Part shown: piece by piece, positions 41,068-55,777 of the stretch
Layout of the letters: each line of letters opens with the position of its first letter
How positions within the stretch are numbered: position 1 is the stretch's first letter
Translations under genes and position numbers: made by a program
The notes under the pieces: model-generated
What the model saw: the letters and a program-made list of their open reading frames with translations, nothing else
Databases searched by the model: none
What the model was told of the DNA's origin: nothing
Source: the human T2T-CHM13v2.0 reference genome, Homo sapiens
NCBI RefSeq assembly: GCF_009914755.1
Contig: NC_060944.1
Length of the DNA stretch: 64,000 nt
Direction: 5' to 3' (one strand)

Positions 41068-41495
41068 GTTTTCAGGTTGTCTTTCTCAGGAACCACTCTG
41101 GGATGGAGGTTAATGTGCAGGACGCTAATATGGAAATGTTTTTGCAATCAATATCTGCAGAAGGGAAGAAGGAAACAGAATTGGGCAGAGGGAGAAGTCA
41201 CGTGATGATGCAATGTTTATGGAGCATCTGGTGACCCTACTGGGAGCTCTAAAGCTGAGATGATTGTTTCAAAATGGTTCCAAGTTGGTGTGAGGAGTCT
41301 AGACCTGTACATTCTGAGACAACCAGTTATTAATGCAGGCTGCACCCAGGAACGAATGTGATCTTGGAATAAGTAGCTCCTCTCAGTCAAGGGTAATTTC
41401 TGGAGAGGGCTGACAGCTGAGGGCTGTCTTCTGGCAACATCCCTTGAAGCTGGGGCACTGTCCTGCACAGAGTCTGGGTGGTGCATCACAGCACG
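41068..41495 (-). mobile_element. LTR16A-like ERVL LTR
   Basis: aaggaaacagaattgggcagagggagaagt, ccctactgggagctctaaagctgagatg, gagggctgacagctgagggctgtct. Confidence 0.7.
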
Positions 41496-41822
41496 AACTG
41501 GGATTCTTAAACTGAGCATGATCCTGCTCCAATGCCCAATGTATTTGACAGTTATGTATTCTCTCTTGGATATGGTTTAAAATTTAACAGCTCTAGGAAA
41601 ATAAGAACTGAGGCAAAATACCTTGCTTCAAGTGATGAAAAGGGTAATAGGCTGAGTATTCTGTATTTACTGGTCAGAGCAGAGTCATTTTGATCTACAT
41701 GCACACAGTAGAATCGAAGGAAACAGTCCTCATTTTTCTTGGTTATCTGGCTCATTTGCAGGAATAACACACACACATACACACACACACAGGTCAATAT
41801 ATGTGGATCTTAAATAAATATG

Positions 41823-42530
<708 letters not shown>

Positions 42531-43794
42531 TTTGCTGGTTAATGAGACTTAAGAAATCTTGTCAGTGCTATAAATATTAGAGAAAAAGTACACTAGCCAT
42601 AGTAAGGTGATCATATTATTACTCATCTAATAGCAACACCAAAGCAAAATCTGCTAATTTCATGCATAAGTGATGGTTTTTGTACCTGGACAGCAGGGAT
42701 ACCAGGGGAAGGCTGTCAGCTGCCTAGTTTGGGTCTGGAGACATGGAAGACTTTGAGGTGGGGAGTGCCAGTTGGTTTGAGGCCCCCCTGCACCCCAGAT
42801 TGCTGTTTTTTATGGTTGAATAGGCAGACACTTCTTTCCCTCTCACTACTGCAAGTGTATCATTCCAGAAGGTATGGTTTGGCCAAAAGGCATAGTATTC
42901 CTAAAGAAAGGAGTTCCAATAGCTTTTCTCTGCTAAAAGATCTCAGGGTCTGATTTTATTTTGATATTAAGAATTTTACCTAACTAAACCCTAGTACAAC
43001 ATTTTTTTAAATTATGGGTAATTAAAAACTTCCATATTTTAAACAGTAGTAAAGGCACACTCTGCAAACATTTCTGTCTGCATTACCTAAAATTTAATGG
43101 ATCAGGCAAATGATACAAATTAGGCACACATTTGCCAATATTTTTAATTAGCCTACTGGTTTACCTGCATACATTTGTTACTGTAAGTTATTACTTATAA
43201 GAGTTACTTCAAATTCAAGATCAGCAGAACTCTCCATAAAATTATATACCTGTGGCACTATCACCAAAATATAACATCATAGACTTGTCATAAATAATTC
43301 AGAGATTTGTTGTAACCATTCAACATGGTAGTGTTAATGTGAGACATGGAGAATTAGCATTTGAAATGGATAATTCCATATTTATTTCATGCCTTCATTT
43401 ATTTTACACATTTAACTGCTTTGGTTTAAATGGAAGGAGAATCCTTTCTCAAAATTCAATCTCAGCTGTCTTCTTTTCAGGTTAATGGTTGATTTCTTTC
43501 AAATTACAAATCTTGGTTCAACATAAGGATGATGACATATTGCAGAAATACCTTTCTATTGCTTGAAATGAGAAAATGTATTTACTTATTTTCTGTGACA
43601 AGTGAGGGGGATGCTGTTATGGCACTCAAAATGTATTTATGGTATTTCTATTAGAAAAAAAATCTCAGGAACTAATTATGAGGCAAGGCACTGGCAATTC
43701 TATTGTTGTATTCAAATAACTGTGTGGCAACTTTTCCAATTTTGACAAATTTGGCTTAAATAATAATTCAATGATGCCCCTCAAGTTTCAAATA

Positions 43795-44130
43795 CAGACA
43801 GTCCCTTACTTATGATTTTTTAGTTTTATGATGGTGAGAAAGTTATATGCATTCAATGGAAACTGTACTTCAAGTGTCCATGCAACCATTCTGTTTTTCA
43901 CTCTCAGTACAGTATTCAATAAATTACATGATATATTTCACACTAAATTATAAGCTAGACTTTGTGTTGAATGATTTTGCTCGACGGTTGTCTAATGTAA
44001 GTGTTCTGAGCACATTTAAGATAGAGTAGGCTAAGCTATGATGCTTGATAGGTTATGTGTATTAAATGCATTTTCAACTTACCATGGGTTTATCGGGATG
44101 TAGTTTTATCATAAGTTGAGGAACATCCAG
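43795..44130 (-). mobile_element. MER47A TcMar-Tigger MITE
   Basis: cagacagtcccttacttatg...accattctgtttttcact..cagtacagtattcaataaattacatg...gggtttatcgggatgta...ataagttgaggaacatc, preceded by TA. Confidence 0.85.
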
Positions 44131-44518
44131 ATTTGCACTTTTCTAACAGCCTATGTTGTGAGCAAATTTAAAGACACTGTGCTTTCAGACAAATTAAGAA
44201 GCATTTTTAGGAACTGGATACTTCAGCTTTAGATAATAGTGTGCATCTTTCTAAAATAACTCATATGCAATGGCATGAGTAGACATGTCCAGATGTAACG
44301 AACCATAGGCTAGAATCATGTCCTAAAACAATCTAAAGAACTACAGACACATATGCCTTTAATGCTAATAAATCGTCTTATCTCAGTGTCAAAGCTATTA
44401 CTACAATTTAAGTTTAACCTCTTTGGAAACTTTCTGTTAGTATATTGGTATTTTGGTGAGTATATCATTAAACCATTAACATAGTGAATAGGGTGCTCAT
44501 ACATGAATGTAAATGTGA

Positions 44519-44552
44519 GTGTATGTGTATGTGTGTGTGTGTCTGTGTGTGT
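44519..44552. repeat. Imperfect (TG)n
   Basis: Directly visible. Confidence 0.85.
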
Positions 44553-44889
44553 GCACTGTGTATCCACATCACTTCCTTTCCCTGAGTTACCAAACCTGAG
44601 TTTTTTAGGGGCCAGCAATCCATGCCTTTACAACACTCTGATGTTGATGTGGTTTTATAATATCTTTGTGGTATCACAGAAAGAAAGTTGACCTAGAAAT
44701 CTGAAAACTAATATTTGAGTTTTGGCCTTTCTAATTAATTGCTGTGTAAGCCCATCTTTTTATTTTTTTTTATTAGTGAAATGAGGAAAACAAGATCTTC
44801 CCTTAATCAAATCAATGGGAAATAACAAGGGTTAATGAGGATATTAAAAATTTGAAACTCTTAACCACTGCAGTGGATGCGTAAGATGA

Positions 44890-45476
44890 TATAGTTGTGG
44901 AAAACAGCTTGGCACTTCCTCAAAAAGTTAAACACAGAATTATCTTATGATCAAACAATTCCACTTCTAGGTGTTTACCCAAATAATTGAGAATATAGGT
45001 CTGCATATAAACTTATACACTAATGTTCATAGCAGCATTATTATTAATAGCAATAGCCCTAAAGTGGAAACAATCCAAATGTCCACCACCTGATGAATAG
45101 ATAAACAAACTATGATCCATTTGCAATAAAAAAGAATGAAGTACTGACACATGGTACAACATGGATGAATCTTGAAAATGTTATGCCAACTGAAATAAAC
45201 CAGTCACAAGAGGCCTGATTCCATTTATCTGCATAGGAAATCCGTAGATACAGAGAGTAGATTAACGGTTGTCAGAGGCTGGGGATAAGAGATGGGAATC
45301 AGGGAATGGGGTGTGACTGCTAATAGGGTATCTTTTTTGAGGTGATGGAAATGATCTGGAATTAAATAGTGATGATGATTGCATAACTGTGAATATACTA
45401 AGAACACTGATTTGCACACTGTTAAATGGCAAATTTTATGGTATTTGAATTATATTACAATTTAAAATTTAAAAAC
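44890..45476 (+). mobile_element. L1MB (7/8-like) 3' end
   Basis: ttcctcaaaaagttaaacacagaatta...caattccacttctaggt...aagtggaaacaatccaaatgtcca...aactgtgaatatacta. Confidence 0.85.
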
Positions 45477-45952
45477 CTTGTCCTGTTTATCCTGGAGGAT
45501 TGTTGTAGGAATGAAATAGAAGTGGAAAGTTCTATAGGCTCTAAATCATATTCAGGAATCCATGCCATTGCATGGTGAAGCACGTAGGCCTCAGTGTACG
45601 CAACTTGATAAAGAGAGTTTGCATGAAAAGTCATCTTTATGTTGGGTAATTGGGGGTGTCACATGGAGGGTTATCACTCAGAATGCTTGCTGTGAAGAGC
45701 TTTATAGAAGAGTTATATAAATTACACACAAAAAAGTATTTTTTTAAATGGAAAGCACAAGAGAGATGGAGATAAATCGAACTTTCTGTTGGGACCTGCC
45801 ACTTTCTGCTTTACATGTTAATAGTGACTGTATAATAACTGTCTTCCTAGGCTGCGAAACCCTGAAGGATGGAAGCTTCGTGTGGTTCATCTCCATTACT
45901 CTACAGCACCCTGCGTATAGAGAGTGCACAGTTAGTAATAAATGAGCTTTGA

Positions 45953-46251
<299 letters not shown>

Positions 46252-47110
46252 AGACTTTTCTTTTTAAACAATATCCTGTTTGGAATTCTAAGCAAAGTCA
46301 GCAGGCTACTGAATGGACTTCAAGCACCACCCTCTGGGACTTCACAGGCTGCTCCTCTCTTGTTTAAATGTGGAAGGATGGAAGCTCACCCCAGAACTCT
46401 AGGCAAAGCCAGAACTTGAGGTCAGCGCATCTCACACTGCCTCTAGGCCACCAGGGCATGTCTTTTCCAAACTCTCTTAGGGCTGCTCTCTGTGACTTTC
46501 CTGGTGTGATCCTCAAGCCGTCCTCCCTGCATCTGTCTGTGTTTATCTCACTTGAGCTCACTGCAGTACTTGACACTTGTGGCCATTCCTTTAGGATGCT
46601 TGCCTCTCAGCTTCCAGGACACCACTCTCCTCTCTTTCCTCCTTCCTACTTGGCTGTTTCTTCTCAATTGTCTTTGTGGCCACCTCTGGCTTAAACCCTC
46701 TGTGACTCCTTTGTTCACCCTTTGCTCTTCTTGCACAGCAGTATATCTTTACTTACCAGTACCAGTCAAACCCTAACACTGGTGGTATAGGGGCTTCAGT
46801 GACTACAAGTCCCTGATTCCCAAATCATGGCTCGGCTAAGACCTCTGTCTTGATCTCCATTACTGAATATCCAACTACCTGGTGGAAAATTCCATTGCAT
46901 GCCCCAGAGTCCGCTCAGTCTCAGTGTATCTCAGGCAACCTGCTTGGACTCCTGTAACTAATGCCATTGTGAATGTCACTGACATGAGTCTTATGCAGTC
47001 AGAAATCCAGGAGCTGTTCTAGGTCTCTCTGCCTCACCCCTCTCCTTCCAGCCAGTCATCTCTTGCAGTCCTGTAGACACCCCCTCCCCCACAAGAACTC
47101 TCATATCCTT

Positions 47111-47558
47111 TGTCTTAGTTTCTGTTCTCTCTGAAGCAAACCCTGAGAATGAGACAAGTACTTGGTTACAAGGAATTTATTGGGTAGTTCATTTTTCCCA
47201 GGAAGCTCCATGAGGGAGTAGGGAAGTGAGACAGGGAAGAAGCAAAACCAATAAAGAGTGTGTTAACAACCAGGTGATTGCTAATGGCAACTGGGGCACA
47301 GTTTAGCTGGGGAGCTTCTGAGAAGGCACGTGGAAGCTGCTTCAGAATTGCCCCGCCAAAGGACAAGGACGCTGAGGTATTTGTCTACCAACCCCTGTCG
47401 CCTCCTTGTTCGAGATCTCCCTCTTGCATAGCTAGCACCTTGAGTCAGTGATCACCCTCAGGCAGTCTCAGGAGGTTATCTGTGGCTATGGGAGTAGTCT
47501 GCAGGGGAACGCTGCAAAGACCAGGAGCAGGGTGACAGCCCAAGAGCTTCTGTGGTAC
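47111..47558 (-). mobile_element. LTR16C-like ERVL LTR
   Basis: tgtcttagtt...gaagcaaaccctgag...agggagtagggaagtgagacagggaag...ccaataaag. Confidence 0.7.
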
Positions 47559-47784
47559 TGTCTTCTCTACTCTCTCCCAGCCACCATTTTCTGTCACTTC
47601 TCAGCTGAACCACTGCACTGGTCTCCTTGAGACTTTAAGGTTTTTAAAATTTCTTTGTAACTTTTTGCACATCCTGCCAGAAAGATTCACACACACACAA
47701 CTGACCATAGCATACACTCCTTCCCTCTGATTAGAGATCTTAGAGGCTCCTCAGAGTTTTCAGGATGAAGCCTGATTACCTTAG

Positions 47785-48290
47785 CATGTGCTTCCCAATA
47801 CTCCAAGGCACCCAAGGCTCCATAGCAATTGCATGGGGGTTGGACAGGATACTGTAACATTTGAAAAAAATGCAGTTCTTTAACATTTGTTGGGCATCCT
47901 GGTAACTATTAGTTTAAAGGCAGTCTACAGTTTCAAAATTAGATCATGCAACGTTCCTTTTCTTGATGCTACGTTATTTCCAAGTTGAGTTCATGACTAT
48001 TGCTGTGATTAAAAAGCATATGCAGAATGACAATCCATGTGGAAAAGGAAACATGGGCGGCAGGGGCCGAGCTGGTTCAAAGGTTTGAGGATTTGCACAG
48101 CGCCAACAGGACCACCATCCCATTACCAAATAATTGTGGTTATTTAAGAGTGAAATGTAGGTATTATTTTTCCCTTTATATGTATGACTTTTAAAAATAG
48201 GTACTGAGCTGTTAGTATTAAACCCTTACTACGTTGTTTAGACTTATCTACTTAAGAAAAGAAACTTTTAAGGCATTTCTTTACCTAAGG
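47785..48290 (+). mobile_element. Charlie4-like hAT fossil
   Basis: acagtttcaaaattagatc...atgtggaaaaggaaa...caaaggtttgagga...gccaacagg..catcccatta...aattgtggttatttaaga. Confidence 0.65.
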
Positions 48291-50552
48291 CCCTGGCCAC
48301 CCTCTTGTGTCTCCTCTGCTGCCACTCTTAAATACAAATTTTTGGCTACCTGGAAGGTCCAGGAAGGTCATCATGCCTTTGTTTGTGATAGCACAGACTA
48401 TTCCATCTGTCAAGATTACCTTCCTCACCTCCCCACCACCTTCACCAGCCCTACACCACACAGCTTAAGGTGCACTTCTGCTAGGATGAGTCTCTGATTA
48501 GTGTTTTTTGCCCCAGGTATTATTTTGTTGCCTCTGTGTCTGCACAGCCTTTTGTACACAGCTTTTATGTGGCAATATTCTTACTATACCCCCACTGGTG
48601 ATGTACTTGTCTATCTGCCACATTGTTCCACGATTTCCATGAACTCCATGGGCACAGACGTTGCATTCGCTTTGACTTTGCTGGCATTTTTTATTGGGAT
48701 TATGTCCATTTAGCTTATGATAAATTAGCATGAGTGCCTAAGATGGGATATAGATTCTTGAAAAAAGGTGAACATATAAGTCAAAGGATTGAGAAAAATG
48801 TAAGAATGTATGTGAAATAATAAGCCTTTACTCTTTTTCTTCTTGTTTATCATTTCAACATTTTATGTTGTGATTTTCTGTGTATATGCCACAGGACCTT
48901 TGCATATGCCATCCTCTGTGTTTAGGGGGATCTTCCTTCTCCCTTCACCTGAGTTACCTGCCTCCCTTCTTATCCTTTGGATCTCAGCTCTGTCTTCTCT
49001 TCCTTGGGAAAAAGTTTTACATTTATATTTGTATGCTTATTTGAATATTTTTCTTCTTCCTCCCCAGTTCATGAGCTCCATGAGGGTAGGGACAAGGTCT
49101 GCCCTGCTAATTATTGGATCCATAATTGAGTATATTGCCTAACATGTAGCAGGCATTCAGTAAATGTTTGTAGAATGAATGTAGAATGAATAAATGAATG
49201 TTGAATCTATGAAAGCTTCATGTTTGCATCAAGACCTGATGACTATTCTGAAGCAGTGGGATGTAGTTTTTCCAAGAGAGAGTAGGAATGTTGTCTACAT
49301 TGTGAGAACAGAAAGGATTTAGGCAAGGGCCAGCAGGGAATGGAATTTTAGTTCCAAGCTTGAAAGAAATTGGGAATCATTTTAGGTTTCCGAAAAAAGG
49401 GGTAGGGGTCAGATGATCAAAATTGGGCTGAATGCAACACAGAAAGTTCTGTTTATTTAACCACTTGCAATATTTCACTTCAAAATGGATTCCCTGCCAC
49501 TGAGAAGCTGCCATGTTTTCATTTGCTGGAACGTGGTGAAGTTAGATAAATGATAATGCCATGTCTTTGTTCATTCCTCAGTTAGAAAGCCTCAGCCTTA
49601 AATGCTCCCCAGTGCAAATTCTCACTGAATAAACATGGAGTGTATTGTTTTACAACATGCTGCTCAATGACATTGCAGCACATTTGGCACTGCTGAGCAT
49701 TTCAGGATGAGGAGGCAGAAAATAACAACAGCAAAAAGCCCATAAAACAAATTGCATCCCCTATATTCCTTAATGAAGGACTTGGGTGTAAGTTGCATCA
49801 ACGTCAGAGAATACTCATTCATTGCAAAGGTTTGGGAAAATCATATTTATGCATAATCTCCTTGTTCTCAATGATATTTTATTAATATTTATTTCCCTTT
49901 TGCCTTTCATCTGGTGTTATCTTCTTTTCTTTTTCATCTTTATTTTCCAAGTGACTAGCTGAAAAGAAAAACAGTGAATCGGTGCTAAGTTGCTATTTTT
50001 TCAATTTTAAGGGACTGATTCTTAATCAAGTTACTATTTTAAATGTTTAAATTGAGAAAGTTCCGGGTAACAACCTAAAAAATGTAAATACATACCACAC
50101 AGTTAATTAATGTTTCTGAATTGCTACTGTTTGAAGTTGATAAGCCCCATGTATGAATTCCTCAGCTCAAAGCTGAGGGAGTTATATTAAGAAGACAGTA
50201 GAAAATAAAAATAATTAGCTAGTGTTTTGTAAGGAGGGAACATAAATGGTATCTGTGTGGCTCTAACTTTATCAATTCAGTCTGTTGATTTCAAAATTCA
50301 GTCATTTGAGATATTTGGTATTATGCAGATTTTAGGCAGCATGTGAACAAAGGGCTAAGGTAAGGATTATTGTATTGCATGTATTTCTGTGAACTAATTT
50401 TGAGGAGCTATACTAGGCTTCTGTTTTATGTGTATCTATAAGCATTTTACAAAACAATTCCATATGTATTGCTAATTAAATAAATTCATCTCAAAGTTTG
50501 TTACAAACTCAATCAAGTGTTTGAGATGTAGAAGGAACATATAGTTTAATCC

Positions 50553-50910
50553 TGTACCAGTCAGGATAGCCTAAGTCATGCTGAAGTGGCAAGTGATCTC
50601 AACATTTCTGCAGCTTACAGCCACAAAGATTGAGTTCTTACTCAGGCTAGATGTCCATAGAGGCAGCTCCAGCTCCACTACACATCACCTTCACTCTGGG
50701 ACTGGCTGACAGAGCTGTCTCTCTCTGGAACTGTTGCTTGTCACAACAGTGAGAGAGAGAAGGCGGTTCTTAAAGCTACATATGGCTTACTGTCACATTT
50801 CATTAACTAGAAGAAGTCATTCGGCCATACCTACATTGAACAGGACAGGGAGACAAAGAGGGATAATCCTCCCTCAGGAAAAAGGTATCAAATACTTGTG
50901 ATTAGTCTAC
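50553..50910 (-). mobile_element. MLT1J/K-like MaLR LTR
   Basis: tgtaccagtcaggatagcctaagtcatgctg...cacatttcattaactagaagaagtcat. Confidence 0.65.
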
Positions 50911-51499
50911 CACTCACTCCTTCATATTTTGGATATGAAAAACATCACCAGAAGGATTAAGAAACTTGGCCAAGATCACTTGCAAAGCTGGGATTGGACC
51001 ACATTCCTGTGACCCAATTGCAGACATTCCTGTGACTACATCCAGTGTCTCCTTGTATGCAAATTTGTGGACACACCATGGCATCCACAGACTCACCAGA
51101 GAAGGATGCCACCTACAGAGCCAGCTGCTCACCAGAGCCTGGCTTGCATCATGGCATCACTTTGATGGGGTCAGCATATTCGCCCCTTGACTCTGTAGGT
51201 CCAAAATTTGCATCTGTTAATGTATGCTGTATCAGTCAGGATTCAGTCATGGAGGTAGAACCGTATACATTTTGGTGCAAGGAATTTATTATAGGAATTA
51301 GTACTTAAACCATGTGGGAGGAACTAGGAAAATGAAGAAACAAGGGAGGAGTTGAAGGCCAAACCAGCTACTTTGATAAGCCAAGTGTGTTCAGTCATCA
51401 AAATAGGCAGGAAAGGGAAGGTTTTTGGGAGTCCAGTGGGATGTTGGGCTTCGGTGTGGCTACCACTGCTGTAGGACCACCACTAACCATTTAGGTAAT

Positions 51500-51615
51500 G
51501 CCTATGGCTGCTTTTGCACTATGACAGCAAAATTGCATAGTTGTAATTAAGACTCAATGACCCACAAGCCTATGATATTTACTATCTGGCCTTTTACAAA
51601 GTTTCCTGACCCCTG
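51500..51615. mobile_element. MER58A fragment
   Basis: ctatggctgcttttgcacta...cccacaagcct...atatttactatctggccttttaca..aagttt.ctgacccctg. Confidence 0.75.
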
Positions 51616-52669
51616 GTCTATAGTTCAGAAGATTGATTTGCTGATCTATAGTAAGAAACTCAGCTATGCAGCAGGTCCAGCAACTACACAGTTCCAAGAT
51701 AAGATATCATTTCCCCATTGTTAAATCTATGTGCAAAGCTAACTTATGATTAAATTATGGTAAGCTTAACTGTAATACAAGGAATCATTTCATACTATTT
51801 GTAAAGCAGTGAACACTAGCGTAATAAGTTATGATCGTGGAGGCTACCACCTGCACCATCCATACCCCGAGGGCTGGACACTCATAACTATGGGTGAGGC
51901 CATTCCTTCCGCTGGGGCAAGAATAACTATAGATGCCTATGGGAAACTGATACAATCTCATTCTCTACACTTCCTTTATATGCTGAAGGTCACAATCTTT
52001 ATTCTTGCTTAGTGAAGAGAGAATCGACTGAGCTACATCCACACACTATTCACCATAATGAGAATTGGAATATTACTTCAAATTCTGCAGTCACCGAAGC
52101 AAAATCTGTAACAGGGTGGATTTCAAAAATTATTTTTTATCAAGGCATAACCTCATTTATTTTAGGTTCATGGATGTAATTTTATTCTCCAAGGTAACCT
52201 TATCTTCAAATTTTATAGGTCTCATGCTGTCCCCCATCCTGTATCACCTACAGGTGACTTTTCCTTGATATGACTTATAGAACATTAACAGTGCTTTCTT
52301 TTCAATCATACTCCGATTTGGTTAGTTCCAACTTAGGGGACACTTACTTTAAAATGTCTCTTCACCCTGCAGGAAACGAGTTTATTAGTGAAACTTTCAA
52401 CGGATATTTTTATTCCATTTATGCCATTTATCTCTCCATGCCTTGTGAGGCAAAGGAGTGGTGTTTCACCAGGTTAAGAGGTAATTGATCAAGATTCAGT
52501 TCAAAAAAAGTGTAAACAGTACAGATCTTAACTCTCTTCAGTACTTTTAATCAAAAAGGAAAATCAAAGCGTATCAGCCAGAATCATCAATAACTCTTGG
52601 TGGATGTTCAAATGCAGTGACCTCTTGACACTTCCACTGCCTTCAGTTTTTGTTTTTATCATTTGTTGC

Positions 52670-53120
52670 TTAGCAGCACGGGGGGAAAGAGCAGGACTGT
52701 AGCTTGGATTTAAGCTCCTCATTTACTAGCTGTGCCCTTTTATCAAATCGTTTAATACTGGGAGCCCCACTTTTCTCATCTGTAGACTGGGGATATTAAT
52801 GGCTCCTATCTCAAGCAGTTTTAAGAGTTAGGTAAGTTGATATTGAACTAATTTGACATTAATGTTAAATACTTATCATAGTACCTGAGTATACCTGAGG
52901 GCATATCCTTCATTCATCTAACAAACAAGGTGCTAAAGACACTATTATAATTATCACAGTAGTTCTATGAGGTTGCTATGATTATCTTTTTTGTTTGTCT
53001 TTTAACAAAGAAACAGAGAATCAGAGCAGTTAAATGACTTCCTTGGTCATAATCCTAGAGAATTTTAGAGCTAGAGATAGAATTCAGATCTATCTGACTA
53101 CAAAGCCCAAGCTTGTGGAC
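52670..53120. mobile_element. Two MIRs in opposite orientation
   Basis: + copy catttactagctgtg...ttttctcatctgtagactgggga; - copy cagagcagttaaatgactt...aattcagatctatctgactacaaagccc. Confidence 0.6.
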
Positions 53121-55777
53121 TTACCCTCCATTTGTCAAACGTGAATTCCTTGAATTGTAAACCATTTGGGGCCAAAGCACACCTTTTTTTTTTTTTTTTT
53201 TTTTTTTTCAGTTAAGAAGCTGGTAATTGAGTGAACACAATATAGTGGTACTTCAGTTAACTGGAGCTCCTGGGGATACATCATTCTGGACAGCCTAGCA
53301 TTCCAGAAAGCTTTGGGTATTTGCCAAAACTTTAAAAATGTTGTTTAATTTAGATAGAACCCTCCATAAAATATATATTTCTCTATCTTCTTAAACAGAT
53401 TATATTGAACCTGATTTAAGATTACATTAACTCAGTCATTTATCATCGTGAACTTCATTTTTATCCTGTACTCTCTAATGTAAGAAGATTCTGAGGTTTT
53501 ATTGAAATAAAGAGGGATATCATTGACCTAGTCTGTTATGCATTTTTAAGTTCCTGTGTTTGATTTGTAAAGTTTAGGTGCTTCCTGTCCAAGCACTTGC
53601 CACTTCTCTTTGCCTATTTGAATTGTCAGTCTCCCACAAGACCACCTGAAAACTCTGTTGACGAAGCAAAACTAGGTTTATTAAACCTATGGTACAATTG
53701 GCAATCATCACTTTGACAGTCTTGGCAGTATTTCAAAATGAGGGAATTAGGTTGACATTTACATGGTAGGGTATGAACTGGGTGGTTTTAAGGTGAGTCT
53801 CACAAGATAGGAAATTGTCTGGGATTGGGTAGAGTTGATAACATAAGAGCTCTGGAGGGCACAGTGAGGTGAAAGATTTAAAGCAAGTGTTGATGATCAA
53901 GTCATTGGTAGTAATAAGCAAGCTCTTTCAGTTGGGTCACAGTTATATTTTACAAGAGCACGTATTTCTTTGAGTAAGAAGCTCAGTTATTTTTGCCTAG
54001 TTCCAATATTAAAATAGGCAGGTATGTCTGATCCCAGGATTGTATGGTATAAGGACAAGAAAGCATATTGATTTGGTCTCTCACTTGACTCTATGTCTTG
54101 GTGCTTCTACATGCTATGGCATGGGACACTCAAAACTGGAACTGTATGGCAACAGAGATCCAGTAAAAGCTAAGTGGGAGCCCAGGAAACTGACTTACAC
54201 ACATGAGTTTTGTGCTTGGGCTTGTGACATCCATTTTTAAAATGCAGAGACTCCTTTTTTTCACTCCTTTTTTTCTTGCTTAATCCCTGGATATCTTTCT
54301 AATGTCACGTAGCCAACACCATCAACTAGGTGAGCATCAGTTAGGTATCTATTTCTGCACTGGGAATCTTGAATTTATAAATCCTGGTCAAAAGCGAGTT
54401 AAAGAGATTTTTAAACAATTACACAAAGTAATTCTTGTGTTTTATTTATTCAGTTTATATTGAGTTTTTTGCAGCTCTTACTCTCCTCTTCTTTTGTGTT
54501 TGAAAATTTAAAAAGTGATGCTGTTTGGACACGAGATTTGTTTTGTAAACATGAAATTTAGAATGTCTGGGGATTCTATTAACACTTTTTGAAAAGATAT
54601 TGCCTTGTTCTAGAGTTCTTGAGCTATTATATAATTGAAGTAAATAGCCTGAGAACATAGGGATTTGGTGTGGAATACATGGAAGATAAAGTGATCAAGC
54701 AAGTTTAAAATATACAATTAGTACCTAAAATAAAGTGAGTATTGTTTTACATCTTCAATCTAGTAGTCGGCAAATAATAAAAAAAGGTCAAAAGTCCCAA
54801 TTATATAGTAACTATCGAACTGGAAAAAGAAATGAATTTGACTCTTACTACTTAAAACTTTTAGCTGTTTATAGTAATTTAAACCAATTGAAAATAAATG
54901 TTCCAGCCAGCAAAAATCCTTTCTAAGAACTATGTGTGGTAAGAGGATACAATAAACTAATCAAACAAAGTTTCTGAAGTCTCATTAACCACGGAATTTT
55001 TAGTGAAATGGCATGGATATGGTATACTTGGATTTATTTGGAAATGACAGAAATTTCCTAACAATATTTGAAGCCTGTTTTGGTGAGTGCTATCAAGGGC
55101 TGTTTTTCTTTTTCTTTTTTCTAGTTATATATTCAGTACTATAAATTGTTGGCAGCTGGCCCAGAAAAAGAGCCTATTTTCGGAAAAAAAAATTATTCTG
55201 CAACTTTATGCTATAACTTAAACACACTAAAAAGTGTGTTTAAATTTTATTGTCAGATTACCAGCTTTTATGCAGGTAGACTCCGTGGAAACCATAGGAC
55301 AATGACAAAGTTGCTTCTTTTCTTTCTCTTAGCTATTTTTTTACTCTGGATTACGGTGTGGATATTAATATATATACTTTTTATCAAGTATAGGGAACAA
55401 AAAGAAAACCTGCCTGCACATGTAATCTTTCTTACAATATACATACCTGTGAAACACCAGATGAGAAAAGCTATGATCTGATTTATGTCATGCGAAATGA
55501 ATGTTAATAAATCCTATTTAGTCACACAGATGCCAAACTGAGACAAATGGAAGCCTCTGGGGGCAAGTGGAGGTGGGCAAATGGGCTCCACTGATTTATG
55601 AGTGCAGAGTCATGAAATTGAATTCGGCAACCTACAAATGACACTTATTGAGAACCTATCAAGTGCTAGGCACCCATGCTGGTACTTTGAATACAGAAAT
55701 AAAAGGTTTGGATTGTAAAAATGTCACAGTATAATTGACAAATAAAACAAGTTAATTAAACAATATGGTAAGCAATA

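Larger units (their letters stand above)
46490..49200 (+). mobile_element. Fragmented L2, interrupted by LTR16C and Charlie4
   Basis: cttccaggacaccactctcct, aatatccaactacctg, aggacctttgcatatgc, and 3' end aggcattcagtaaatgtttgtagaatgaatg. Confidence 0.6.
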
